This document shows positions 54,492 through 64,000 of a stretch of DNA of 64,000 nucleotides, one piece after another. The stretch lies in the NCBI GenBank assembly GCA_951406725.2, contig OX597829.1, positions 43,028,001 through 43,092,000 of the forward strand, in the 5' to 3' direction. Numbering within the stretch: position 1 is the first letter of the stretch; every line of letters begins with the position of its first letter. Source of the DNA: Octopus vulgaris (Eukaryota). The position numbers and the translations under genes were made by a program. Under the pieces are notes generated by a model. It worked only from the letters and a program-made list of their open reading frames with translations, did no database searches and was not told the origin of the DNA.

Positions 54492-54710
54492 CGAGGGTGA
54501 TGTGAAACGTTGTTGGGTTTGAGGGTATCGCCAAAGGCCTCGATGGATGTCCAAACTTCCGAATTCTTTGACAGGGCTTAGAAAAACTGAAGGACCGCTG
54601 AAATAAGTGTGTGAATCTGGGAGGGGAATAGGTTCAATAAAATCATAATTAACTGATCGTCTTGTATTTTCTTTTTTACTCAAAGCCTTGAGTTTTTCTG
54701 CGCCACCTCG
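54492..54710 (+). mobile_element. mariner-derived short non-autonomous element
   Basis: TA-CGAGGGTG...CACCTCG-TA ends; internal [12 protein letters not shown] resembles the mariner transposase C-terminus. Confidence 0.75.
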
Positions 54711-54830
54711 TATATAAGGACTGAGAACAACAACAAAAAGAACCCACGAAAAAACAGAGAGAGACAACAACAAAATACAATAACGAAGAGATAAATAATG
54801 TGTAGGGATTAACGGTTCAACATGAAGCAC

Positions 54831-55031
<201 letters not shown>

Positions 55032-55132
55032 GTTGTGCTATTGTATATGCCTTATATATGTGTGTGTACATTGTGTGTATATGTATGCATTATATGTGTG
55101 TGTGTGTGTGTGCGTATGTATGTTCGCTTGTT

Positions 55133-55168
<36 letters not shown>

Positions 55169-55275
55169 ATGTGTATACGTATGCAATATATATATGTGTG
55201 TGTGCGCGTGTGCATGTGTGCGTATGTGTGTATGTTAAATGTATATGCATTATATATATATATATATGTGTGTGT

Positions 55276-55327
<52 letters not shown>

Positions 55328-55437
55328 ATGCGTGTGTATGTATGTACATGTGCATTTGTGTGTGTTAAATTGCGAGTACTACTTTAAATGAAATTGAGTA
55401 TACCAATGGAAACAACGGCCTGATGTTTTAGGTCAGT

Positions 55438-55506
<69 letters not shown>

Positions 55507-55515
55507 AAGAAAGAG

Positions 55516-55562
<47 letters not shown>

Positions 55563-55566
55563 AAAA

Positions 55567-55598
<32 letters not shown>

Positions 55599-56105
55599 GA
55601 ATTAACGTTAACATTGCAGTATGTATGTATTCTTTATTTATTTTAGTCGTTTGGCCGCTGCCATGCAGGAGCAAAGCCCCGAAGGGTTCCTTTTAAAGCC
55701 TAGTACTTATTCTACTGGTCTTTTTTAACGGCGACATAAACACACCAGCATCGGTTGTCAAGCGGTGATGGGGACAAACACAGTCGCCTATACACTCACA
55801 TAGATATATACATACCTACATGTATACACACATACACACACACACATACTACTTCTTTAAGTTTCCGTCCACCAAATCTGTTCACAAGTCTTTGGTCGGC
55901 CTGAGGATATAGAAGAAAACACTTGCCTAAGGTGTGACGCAGTGGGACTGAACCCAGGGCCGTGTGGTTGTGAAGCAAGCTTCTTATACCACATAGCTAC
56001 GCATGCGACTAAGTATGTATGGATGTTCGTTCGTAAGTATGTACTATATAATGTATATATGTATGTATGTACGTATGTATGTATGTATGTATGCATGCAT
56101 GTATG

Positions 56106-56136
<31 letters not shown>

Positions 56137-56618
56137 GTATTTATGCATGTATGTATGTATGTATGTATGTATGTATGTATGTATGTATGTATGTATGTAT
56201 GCATATGTGTGTATGCTTGTGTGAGCGAGTCAATACCTGTGCGGGTGTGCGCACGTGTATATATATATATATTTATATATATATACATATATGTATATAT
56301 ATATATATATAAGCTTTGGTGGTTAGATGGTGTTGGAGTGGGAAAGGCAAGAGAGTTTATAAATGATAGGAAAACTTAGAGAGTGTTTGTGGATGGATGA
56401 GTAAATTTTGATGTTACTCAAATGAGTATGGAACCAGCAGTATGCGGCGGGGATAACCCACCATATGCTGTCAGGCCCCCCTGCTGATGTTGGGGGTCGC
56501 TTTCTATGCATTGACCCGAGCATAAAATGGGGCTCGCCCCTTTGAGGTGGAAAATGAATGGAATGCTTGGTGTGTGTCTTGTGGCTCCCCCTAAAAAAAG
56601 ATGTAGAATAAGCCTTGG

Positions 56619-56707
<89 letters not shown>

Positions 56708-56825
56708 TGTTATATTTCGGAATGGTCATATTGCCAGTTTAGCCAATAAAAACACACGCACTATATATTTGGTGTTATTTTGCTTCAGTATTATTTATTT
56801 TTTACATTAATCTTAATCTTATTTC

Positions 56826-56870
56826 GGCCAGAGTTCTTTCGTTACACTCCTGTGACCGCATCAGTGGTCC
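56826..56870 (-). ncRNA. Minimal type I hammerhead-like motif downstream of the Penelope ORF
   Basis: GGACCA-CTGATGC-G-GTCACA(GGAG)TGTAAC-GAAA-G(AA)C-TC^TGGCC; A9 is C and stem II has one mismatch. Confidence 0.55.
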
Positions 56871-57179
56871 TTTGTTTTCTTCTCACTTATTTGTGTCTCT
56901 CCTTACTAACCTTCAGCCATTTTGTATTTCTATTGTATGTCTTCATTTGTGCATGCTTATATCTCTAAGTGCGTCTATGTTTATTTAGTGTGTGTGGGGG
57001 GGGGTGCCTGTAATATTTTATCTTCTGTTTATATACATTCATGTAATTTGTATTCTGTTTTTGTTGTTGCTTTTGTCCTAATTTTGTTCATGTGTTTACA
57101 TCCACCCATTATTATCAGTACATATGCTTGTATGTATAACAACAATATTAGAAATAATAATAATAAATCTAATCGAAAA

Positions 57180-57210
<31 letters not shown>

Positions 57211-57233
57211 CATATACACATATATATATACAC

Positions 57234-57284
<51 letters not shown>

Positions 57285-57384
57285 CATATACATATATAGA
57301 TATATATACATATAAATAGTTATTCATTTCTATTTGTTTATTTATCTGTGTATTTATTTATTATGTTTTCGGGATCCTCTATCG

Positions 57385-58865
57385 TCATATGTTGTGGTGT
57401 GTGCTATTGCTCCATTCTAGTTTTCTATTCAGGCTAGGTTTATTTTCTATTATATGTGTAGCTTCTGTAATTTGTCTAATTGTTGCATCTGTTCTATGTG
57501 TGGACAATATCTTAATCTCTATGTTATTGATTGATCCCCCGTGCTCCTGTTCGGCGTGTTGGTACAGAATCGATGAGCTTTTACCTTCCTTGAGTTGTCT
57601 CCAATGTTCATTCACCCGCTCTCCTATGCTTCTTGCCGTTTCCCCTACGTATGTTATTGTCTTGTTACTGCATCGTCCCTCTATACATCTTATACTATAG
57701 ACTACATTTCTGGCTTTACAGTTTGTTTGTGGGCTAAATCTACATACAGTGCAATAGTTATCCGTAAAGGAGGGTTTTACTAAAAGGATAGGTTCTACCA
57801 ATTAAAGATTTGATAGGGTTGCCTGGCTTTTCAACAACCTTAATTCTTAGTTTAAGTTTATCTAGGGTCCTTCTAAAGCGGTACGCCAGTTCACCTCCAG
57901 GGGTGGTGTCAACAAACATGACACTCTGGTATTTATGGCTATCATACCAAGAGTTGGCCTTCCCTATTTTCTTTTTTGTCCTTTCTATAGTGTTCCATGA
58001 CTTGTTCCTATAGTGGGCAAATCCCATTCCTATCATTACATAATATATTATCAAATTTCTTCATGGCTCCTTTGTATACTCTGATCCTTTCTTTATGGCT
58101 GTAACCTGAGAACTGCATGCGGTGAATGAAATACTGTATGTGTCTCTTTAATTCTGTAGGCTCGCACATGCGTGACACATTTCTCATTATTCTGGCGAGG
58201 TCTGCCATCAAAATATTGAATTTGGCATTGCCCGCAATGGCTGAGTTCCGGTGGATCAGGTATTTTGAGGCCATAGGTTTGGCATAGTATGAATGAAGGA
58301 TTTGGGTTTTATTTTTCACAATTTCTAGCCAGAGTTCAGTGTCTAGTACTGGTAGTCTATGGTTGGGGTGTTTAGTGGGGTAGTCTATTGTGACCTTAAT
58401 ACTCTGGTGGATGGAGTTAGCTATTTGCTGGATGCTCTCCATAGTATTAGTTTCTATTACTATATCAACATTACTCTCTTGTGGGGGTGCCTTTACCACT
58501 ATGTTGATATCATCAACATAGCGAGAGTACATGTTTACGAGTATGGATTTCTGCAGTAGGCGTTCTTTAAGCCTTCTGTCCCACCATACCATGAAAAGGT
58601 TGGTCACATCACCAGCGATACTAACACCGATGGCTGCCCCCTCGTCCTGGGCATATATTTTATTATTAAACTTAAACGTGTGGCCTTTTAGGGTAACTCT
58701 TATACTAGCTCCTAGTGCATGTGCGATCATTTTCTTTACTTGATGGACATTTGCGGGGCTCCGTATGGCTCTGGTCCATCCGCGCCATCTTTCTATATGT
58801 GTCTTCCTAGCCATAGAAGTAATTGTAGGCGGTCTACCTCTTAAACATCTACTGGGGCAGAACTA
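57385..58865 (-). pseudogene. Penelope-like retroelement RT plus GIY-YIG endonuclease (5'-truncated, two frameshifts)
   Basis: YAQDEGAAIG, YSRYVDD, LPVLD, YAKPM, SGY, FVDTTPGGEL, VVYSIRC..YVGETARS..ERVNEH, RQITEA..LNRKLEW in ORFs 58008-58814, 57758-58054 and 57385-57801. Confidence 0.93.
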
Positions 58866-59294
58866 CTAAGATTATATATATTATGTATATATATCTGTTT
58901 GTGCATATATATATATACAATGGCTTATTCCCCATGATTTTTAGGAACCACAAGACATACGCCAGACAAATGAATTTTTTATACGTCCATTATTCTCCAT
59001 TTTCTTTCTTTCAATATTAACAAGATGTATTATCTCAAGAATCTCTAACATATCTTTCTCCTTATATGATAGTCATTAACCACTGGAACTTTTGGACTAT
59101 TTAATTCCTAATGATGACCTGACATCCTCGAATAAACTGTACATATATAAACACAAACATTCTATAATTATAAGCATAATTATAATTAGGGTTCAGTAAA
59201 TTGCTTCACGACATACCGAAATTTAGAAATAGCAGTTAAATACTATTCCTCTACCATAGGATATCGCCCAGACAAAAATACTCCCAATTCACAT

Positions 59295-59347
<53 letters not shown>

Positions 59348-59383
59348 CATACATACATTTATATATACATGCAGATATATATA

Positions 59384-59726
59384 TACTCTTTTACTCTTTT
59401 ACTTGTTTCAGTTATTTGACTGCGGCCATGCTGGAGCACCGCCTTTAGTCGAGCAAATCGACCCCGGGACTTATTCTTTGTAAGCCCAGTACTTATTCTA
59501 TCGGTCTCTTTTGCCGAACCGCTAAGTGACGGGGACGTAAACACACCAGCATCGGTTGTCAAGCAATGCTAGGGGGACAAACACAGACACACAAACATAT
59601 ACACACACACAAGGCATTGGTCGGCCCGAGGCTATAGCAGAAGACACTTGTCCAAGATGCCACGCAGTGGGACTGAACCCGGAACCACGTGGTTGGTTAG
59701 CAAGCTACTTACCACACAGCCACTCC

Positions 59727-59727
<1 letters not shown>
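59384..59727 (-). mobile_element. SINE family A (internal deletion)
   Basis: Near-consensus tail and head. Confidence 0.92.
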
Positions 59728-59804
<77 letters not shown>

Positions 59805-60069
59805 TTAAAACACAGGAACATATATATATTTCGATGACATATGTGTATACATAAATATTATATAATATATTATATACGATATATCATATATATGTTATAT
59901 ATTGTATTAGATTTAATTATAATATTCAATGTAATATTTACAACATATAAACATATCTAACTCTCATTCTCTTTATACACACACGGACAAACACACACAT
60001 ATACATATGCATGTACGTGTATATATATATATATATATGCCTGTATGTGTGTGTGTGTGTATTGATGTA

Positions 60070-60115
<46 letters not shown>

Positions 60116-60144
60116 GTGTGTATATATATATATATATATATGTG

Positions 60145-60201
<57 letters not shown>

Positions 60202-60476
60202 GTGTAAGTATATAAATTTCGGCTTGTACCGTTCATCGAATCCATGCATAATAACAGCTTTACCGGGAAATCTTGATCGCAATATAAAGGCTCTTCTAAT
60301 TCGTAAGCATCTACCCGGATACCCGGATGTATGGAATGAAGTATCACTTAATGCTTGGTCAAGTTGAAAATACATTTGAAGTACGTTTGTAAAATCGGTT
60401 AAGATGAAAGGATAATTTGTTTATTAACGGAGAGAAAATTTGAATCGTTCCATTTATATGTGTGCATGTCTAACTG

Positions 60477-60613
<137 letters not shown>

Positions 60614-60654
60614 TATATATGCATACACAAAACATACACATATAAGTATGTATG

Positions 60655-60691
<37 letters not shown>

Positions 60692-60764
60692 CCTTAAAAT
60701 CCTTAAAAATGTTTTAGCCCGAAGGCCGCGGCCATGCTGGGGCACCACCGCTGAATGAGCTACA

Positions 60765-63662
60765 CTAGTTTGTGAATCCACCTCTGATACATGGCACTTG
60801 ATCTACAAGGGAGTTCGATGCTGCTGCCCGCATCCGTGTCTCCTGTCGTGAGGTAGGTTCATCTGGGACTCCCAACAAGAAGAGATCCAGTTTAGTTTTA
60901 AAGAAACCCACATCCACACCATGTAAGTCTCTTAGGCATTTAGGGAGGATGTTAAAGAGCTGTGGTCCTCTGAAACCCAAGCTGTTGCAGTATCTGGACC
61001 TGTATTTTGATGGTGATGTTGGAATCCTTGGCACCACGCAGCGGCGCCCCGTTCTGCGGTTGGAGTAACTTTGAATGCCAAAGTTTGGGACAAGACCCTC
61101 CAGGATTTTCCAGATGTATATCACTGCATATCTCTCCCGCCTCCGCTCCAGGGAGAAGAGGTTTAATACCTTCAGTCTTTCCCAGTAGCTGACATTTTGC
61201 ATTGAGACGATTTTCTTTGTGTAGCTTCTCTGAGTTGCTTCGAGTTCTGCTGTTTGTTTTATATTGTGTGGTGACCAAAGTTGGGAGCAGTAGTCCAAGC
61301 GGCTGAGGACAAATGTTTTCCATAGGACCATCAGTGTCTCCTTCTCTCTTGTTCTGAAAGTTCGGAGAATCCATCCAGCTAGCCGTCTGCATTTTATCAC
61401 CAGATTAGCAATATGCATTTGGAAAGATGCATCATTGCTCATGTCAATGCCCAGGTCACGCACTGATTTTGACTCAGGGATTGCAATTCTTCCTGGGCCA
61501 GTGTATCCAGTCTTCACGTCATTTACCTTTGTGTGCCAGTAGCGCAGGGCCTGGAACTTACCTGCATTAAACTGCATGTTGTTGTCCTCAGCCCACCTGT
61601 ATATTGTGTCCAGCTCATGTTGCAGATGCGCAATATTTTCAGGGTTTTGTATTGCGTGGGAGACTTTTGTGTCATCTGCATAGCTAGCAAGGGTGGTCAT
61701 CGTAGCAACTGAAGGCATGTCTGAAAGGGCCACTATGAACATCAGTGGCCCCAAGACAGTGCCCTGTGGGACACCGCTTGTTATTTGCGTTTCCCTGGAG
61801 GTGGCTCCATTGCTCACAACTGCCTGTTTTCTGTCTTTTAGGAAGTTGTGCAGCCACTCTCCAAGTTTCCCGCCTATGCCGAGACCACGCAGTTTGTGAC
61901 AGATCATACCATGGTCGACTTTATCAAAGGCTTTTGCAAAGTCAAGATATATTACATCCACATTTGAGCCATTTAGTAGCTGTTTCAACACCCAGTCATA
62001 GTGTTGCAGGAGCTGTGTTAGGCAGCCTCTACCTGGTCGAAATCCATGCTGGGTGTCAGACAGTAAGTCATTTTCTTCAAGGAACATGATTAGTTTCTTA
62101 CGGACTATTCGTTCCATGACTTTGCTGATGTGTGAGGTCAGAGAGATAGGCCTATAATTTTTAGCATCTGCTCTGCTACCTCCCTTATGGATAGGGCATA
62201 TTACCCCCTCTTTCAGTTTGACTGGGAGCTTACCACTTGCAAGAAAGCTCTGAAAAAGAAGCTGTAGCGGTTTTGCAAGGGCTCGTTTGCACGATTTGAG
62301 AAGGATCGCTGGGAATCCATCGGGTCCAGCAGCTGAGTTTGTGTCAATCTCATCAATGGCTAGTGTGATATCATCTTCTTCGATGTTGATGTACTCAATT
62401 TTTGTCTCTTTGGTCGCTGGTAAAGTGGCAAAGAATTCTTCTGGGTTGTTTACTTGCCTGTGTCCTAGAGGTGTAGTGAACACACTTTGGAACTGTTCAT
62501 TCAGTATTTCACTTATCCTCGTGGGATTTCCTGTGAGAGAGCCATCTTTTTGGAAGAGAGGTCCTATTCTCTGGTGCACTGTGGCTGTCTCTTTGGCAAA
62601 CTTAAAGAAAGCTTTAGGGTTTGATTTTATATTTTCTATTACCCAAGCTTCTTTATCTGCTCTCTCCTTTTCATGGGACTGATGTAGACTTTTCTCAGTT
62701 TCCATTAGCATTCTTTCGAGCCGAGACTTCTCACCACTTTTGGTGTGCTTGCTCAGGCGGTTTGCAATCCTTGTCCGTCGTCTCATAAGAATCCTCCTTT
62801 CTCTAGGGATCCTGTTTTTGTTCTTGTGTGTGCTGGCCCTGCACATTGGGACATATTTGTCACATATGGCTTGTATTATGGACATGAAGTGTTTGTGTTT
62901 CATGTTTATGTCCGGTGTGGAGAGACATTCAGGCCAATCCTGTTTGAGGATCTCTTTCTCAATCGACTTCCAGTTGGCTTTATGAAAGTTTAAGTTGGAG
63001 AGATGGTGGGTGCTTCGTATAGGCTGTGTGTCTGCGGGGGCTTTTGTTCCATACATAGACAGCTCTATTATGTTGTGATCCGAGATCATTGTCGGCATCA
63101 CATTAACATTATGGATAATATCCATATTGTTTGTAAAGCAGAGATCCAGTATATTATCTGCCCTTGTTGGTTGCAGAACTATTTGCTCCATGAAAGAGGT
63201 ATTTGTGAGATGGAGCAGGGACTCCACCTGTGCCTGCTGATGGTGTGTCATCCCTGGGAGCATCTGCCCCCCAGGCCATTCCACATTGGGGAGGTTAAAG
63301 TCACCCATGAAGAATACACTGTTGTGCTGTTCAAGGTTGGTGAGGACTCCTCCTATTTTTGTTAGGCAGTCCTCAAACATGCCTGAGTGTTTTGGGGCGT
63401 CTGGTGGGCGATATGTAGTGCATATGACGATATTCAGTTGTCTTATGTGTACAATTTGAGTTTCACACACCGAGTTTGAATATGACAGCAGGACCTGGGG
63501 CGTGAGGTCATCTCGGATGTACATTGCAACTCCACCATGGCTCCTCCCTTTTCTATCTGTGCGTATGACTGCATATTGCGGCATGTGTATTTCCGCATCA
63601 CCTATATCGGGTTCAAGATGCGTTTCTGTGAGTGCCATGCATATAGCTTGACTGCATGTCAC
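60765..63662 (-). CDS. LINE ORF2: apurinic-type endonuclease plus reverse transcriptase (965 aa open; true N-terminus in another frame up to about 63868)
   Basis: APE: ALTETHL, GGVAMY, YRPP, GDFN, LDL, SDHN. RT: NYRPISLTS, QHGF, YLDFAKAFDKV, GVPQGTVLGP, YADD, RDLG, LERRR. Confidence 0.95.
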   Translation of the reverse strand: MTCSQAICMALTETHLEPDIGDAEIHMPQYAVIRTDRKGRSHGGVAMYIRDDLTPQVLLSYSNSVCETQIVHIRQLNIVICTTYRPPDAPKHSGMFEDCLTKIGGVLTNLEQHNSVFFMGDFNLPNVEWPGGQMLPGMTHHQQAQVESLLHLTNTSFMEQIVLQPTRADNILDLCFTNNMDIIHNVNVMPTMISDHNIIELSMYGTKAPADTQPIRSTHHLSNLNFHKANWKSIEKEILKQDWPECLSTPDINMKHKHFMSIIQAICDKYVPMCRASTHKNKNRIPRERRILMRRRTRIANRLSKHTKSGEKSRLERMLMETEKSLHQSHEKERADKEAWVIENIKSNPKAFFKFAKETATVHQRIGPLFQKDGSLTGNPTRISEILNEQFQSVFTTPLGHRQVNNPEEFFATLPATKETKIEYINIEEDDITLAIDEIDTNSAAGPDGFPAILLKSCKRALAKPLQLLFQSFLASGKLPVKLKEGVICPIHKGGSRADAKNYRPISLTSHISKVMERIVRKKLIMFLEENDLLSDTQHGFRPGRGCLTQLLQHYDWVLKQLLNGSNVDVIYLDFAKAFDKVDHGMICHKLRGLGIGGKLGEWLHNFLKDRKQAVVSNGATSRETQITSGVPQGTVLGPLMFIVALSDMPSVATMTTLASYADDTKVSHAIQNPENIAHLQHELDTIYRWAEDNNMQFNAGKFQALRYWHTKVNDVKTGYTGPGRIAIPESKSVRDLGIDMSNDASFQMHIANLVIKCRRLAGWILRTFRTREKETLMVLWKTFVLSRLDYCSQLWSPHNIKQTAELEATQRSYTKKIVSMQNVSYWERLKVLNLFSLERRRERYAVIYIWKILEGLVPNFGIQSYSNRRTGRRCVVPRIPTSPSKYRSRYCNSLGFRGPQLFNILPKCLRDLHGVDVGFFKTKLDLFLLGVPDEPTSRQETRMRAAASNSLVDQVPCIRGGFTN

Positions 63663-63720
63663 AAGGTCTCTCAGGAATGAAATTTTCTTTTACAGTTTCC
63701 GCGCAGCAGCCCTCCTACAT

Positions 63721-64000
63721 TCAGTAGAAATATTTTTGTGGTGTGTGTGTTGGTGTTGGTGTCTGTGGTGGCCATCCTGCATCTGTTGGAGGTGGCCTTA
63801 TGTGGTGGTAGTTCCAGCTTTGTGCTTGTAGCCAGGTCAGCTGCTGAACAATTTTTTGTGCCATGCACAAAAAAGACTGCTGTTCAGCTGCCGCACTTCT
63901 CACATCTGGGTGAAGCTGGCCACCTGTTGGGTTTCCGCGCACCACATCTGCATACCGTCTTTCAGTAGTGGTCAGTGCGCTTTTTTCCCTTCTTTTAACT
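63721..64000 (-). CDS. Probable C-terminus of LINE ORF1 (open to the window edge)
   Basis: Frame reads VKRREKSALTTTERRYADVVRGNP..QSFL..PPQTPTP..YFY* with no stop; overlaps the ORF2 start. The assignment rests on position. Confidence 0.6.
   Translation of the reverse strand, partial: VKRREKSALTTTERRYADVVRGNPTGGQLHPDVRSAAAEQQSFLCMAQKIVQQLTWLQAQSWNYHHIRPPPTDAGWPPQTPTPTHTPQKYFY

Larger units (their letters stand above)
60688..64000 (-). mobile_element. Near-intact CR1-group LINE, continues beyond the window
   Basis: ORF1 end, ORF2, a short 3' UTR with a conserved stem-loop, and an (ATTTTAAGG)2 tail abutting (TA)n. Confidence 0.95.

Noticed and set aside
63675-63695. Programmed -1 ribosomal frameshift in LINE ORF2
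   Set aside because: AAATTTC is not in the X XXY YYZ phase, and the shift falls inside the APE domain; a 1-bp deletion is the simpler explanation.

Overview
AT-rich, extremely microsatellite-dense eukaryotic DNA with no recognisable host protein-coding gene. The repeat landscape resembles a coleoid cephalopod (Octopus-like) intron or intergenic region; this is an inference. Nearly all ORF-track entries are microsatellite translations. Real coding content is transposon-derived: (i) a near-intact CR1-group APE-RT LINE (minus, 60688 to window end, one frameshift) plus two 3' fragments; (ii) three R4/Dong-type RT-REL LINE pieces in or beside (AAT)n; (iii) a Tx1/L1-like LINE 3' end in (TCTA)n; (iv) two Penelope-like (GIY-YIG) elements; (v) maT/mariner, Tigger-like and Helitron-like remnants. 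Three tRNA-derived SINE families (called A, B and C here) occur in many copies, and there is a tRNA-Gly-derived pseudogene with an Asp anticodon. Highlights: two apparent LINE-SINE partnerships visible within the window (SINE A shares a covarying 3' stem-loop with the CR1-like LINEs; the SINE B tail matches the Tx1-like LINE at 35/41 nt); several type I hammerhead ribozyme motifs, one nearly canonical (7909-7972) and one G3:C8 core variant at the apex of a 90-bp hairpin (40136-40186); apparent partitioning of microsatellite targets among LINE clades; and self-inserting, concatemer-forming SINE B. All family assignments come from motif reading only; no database search was run.
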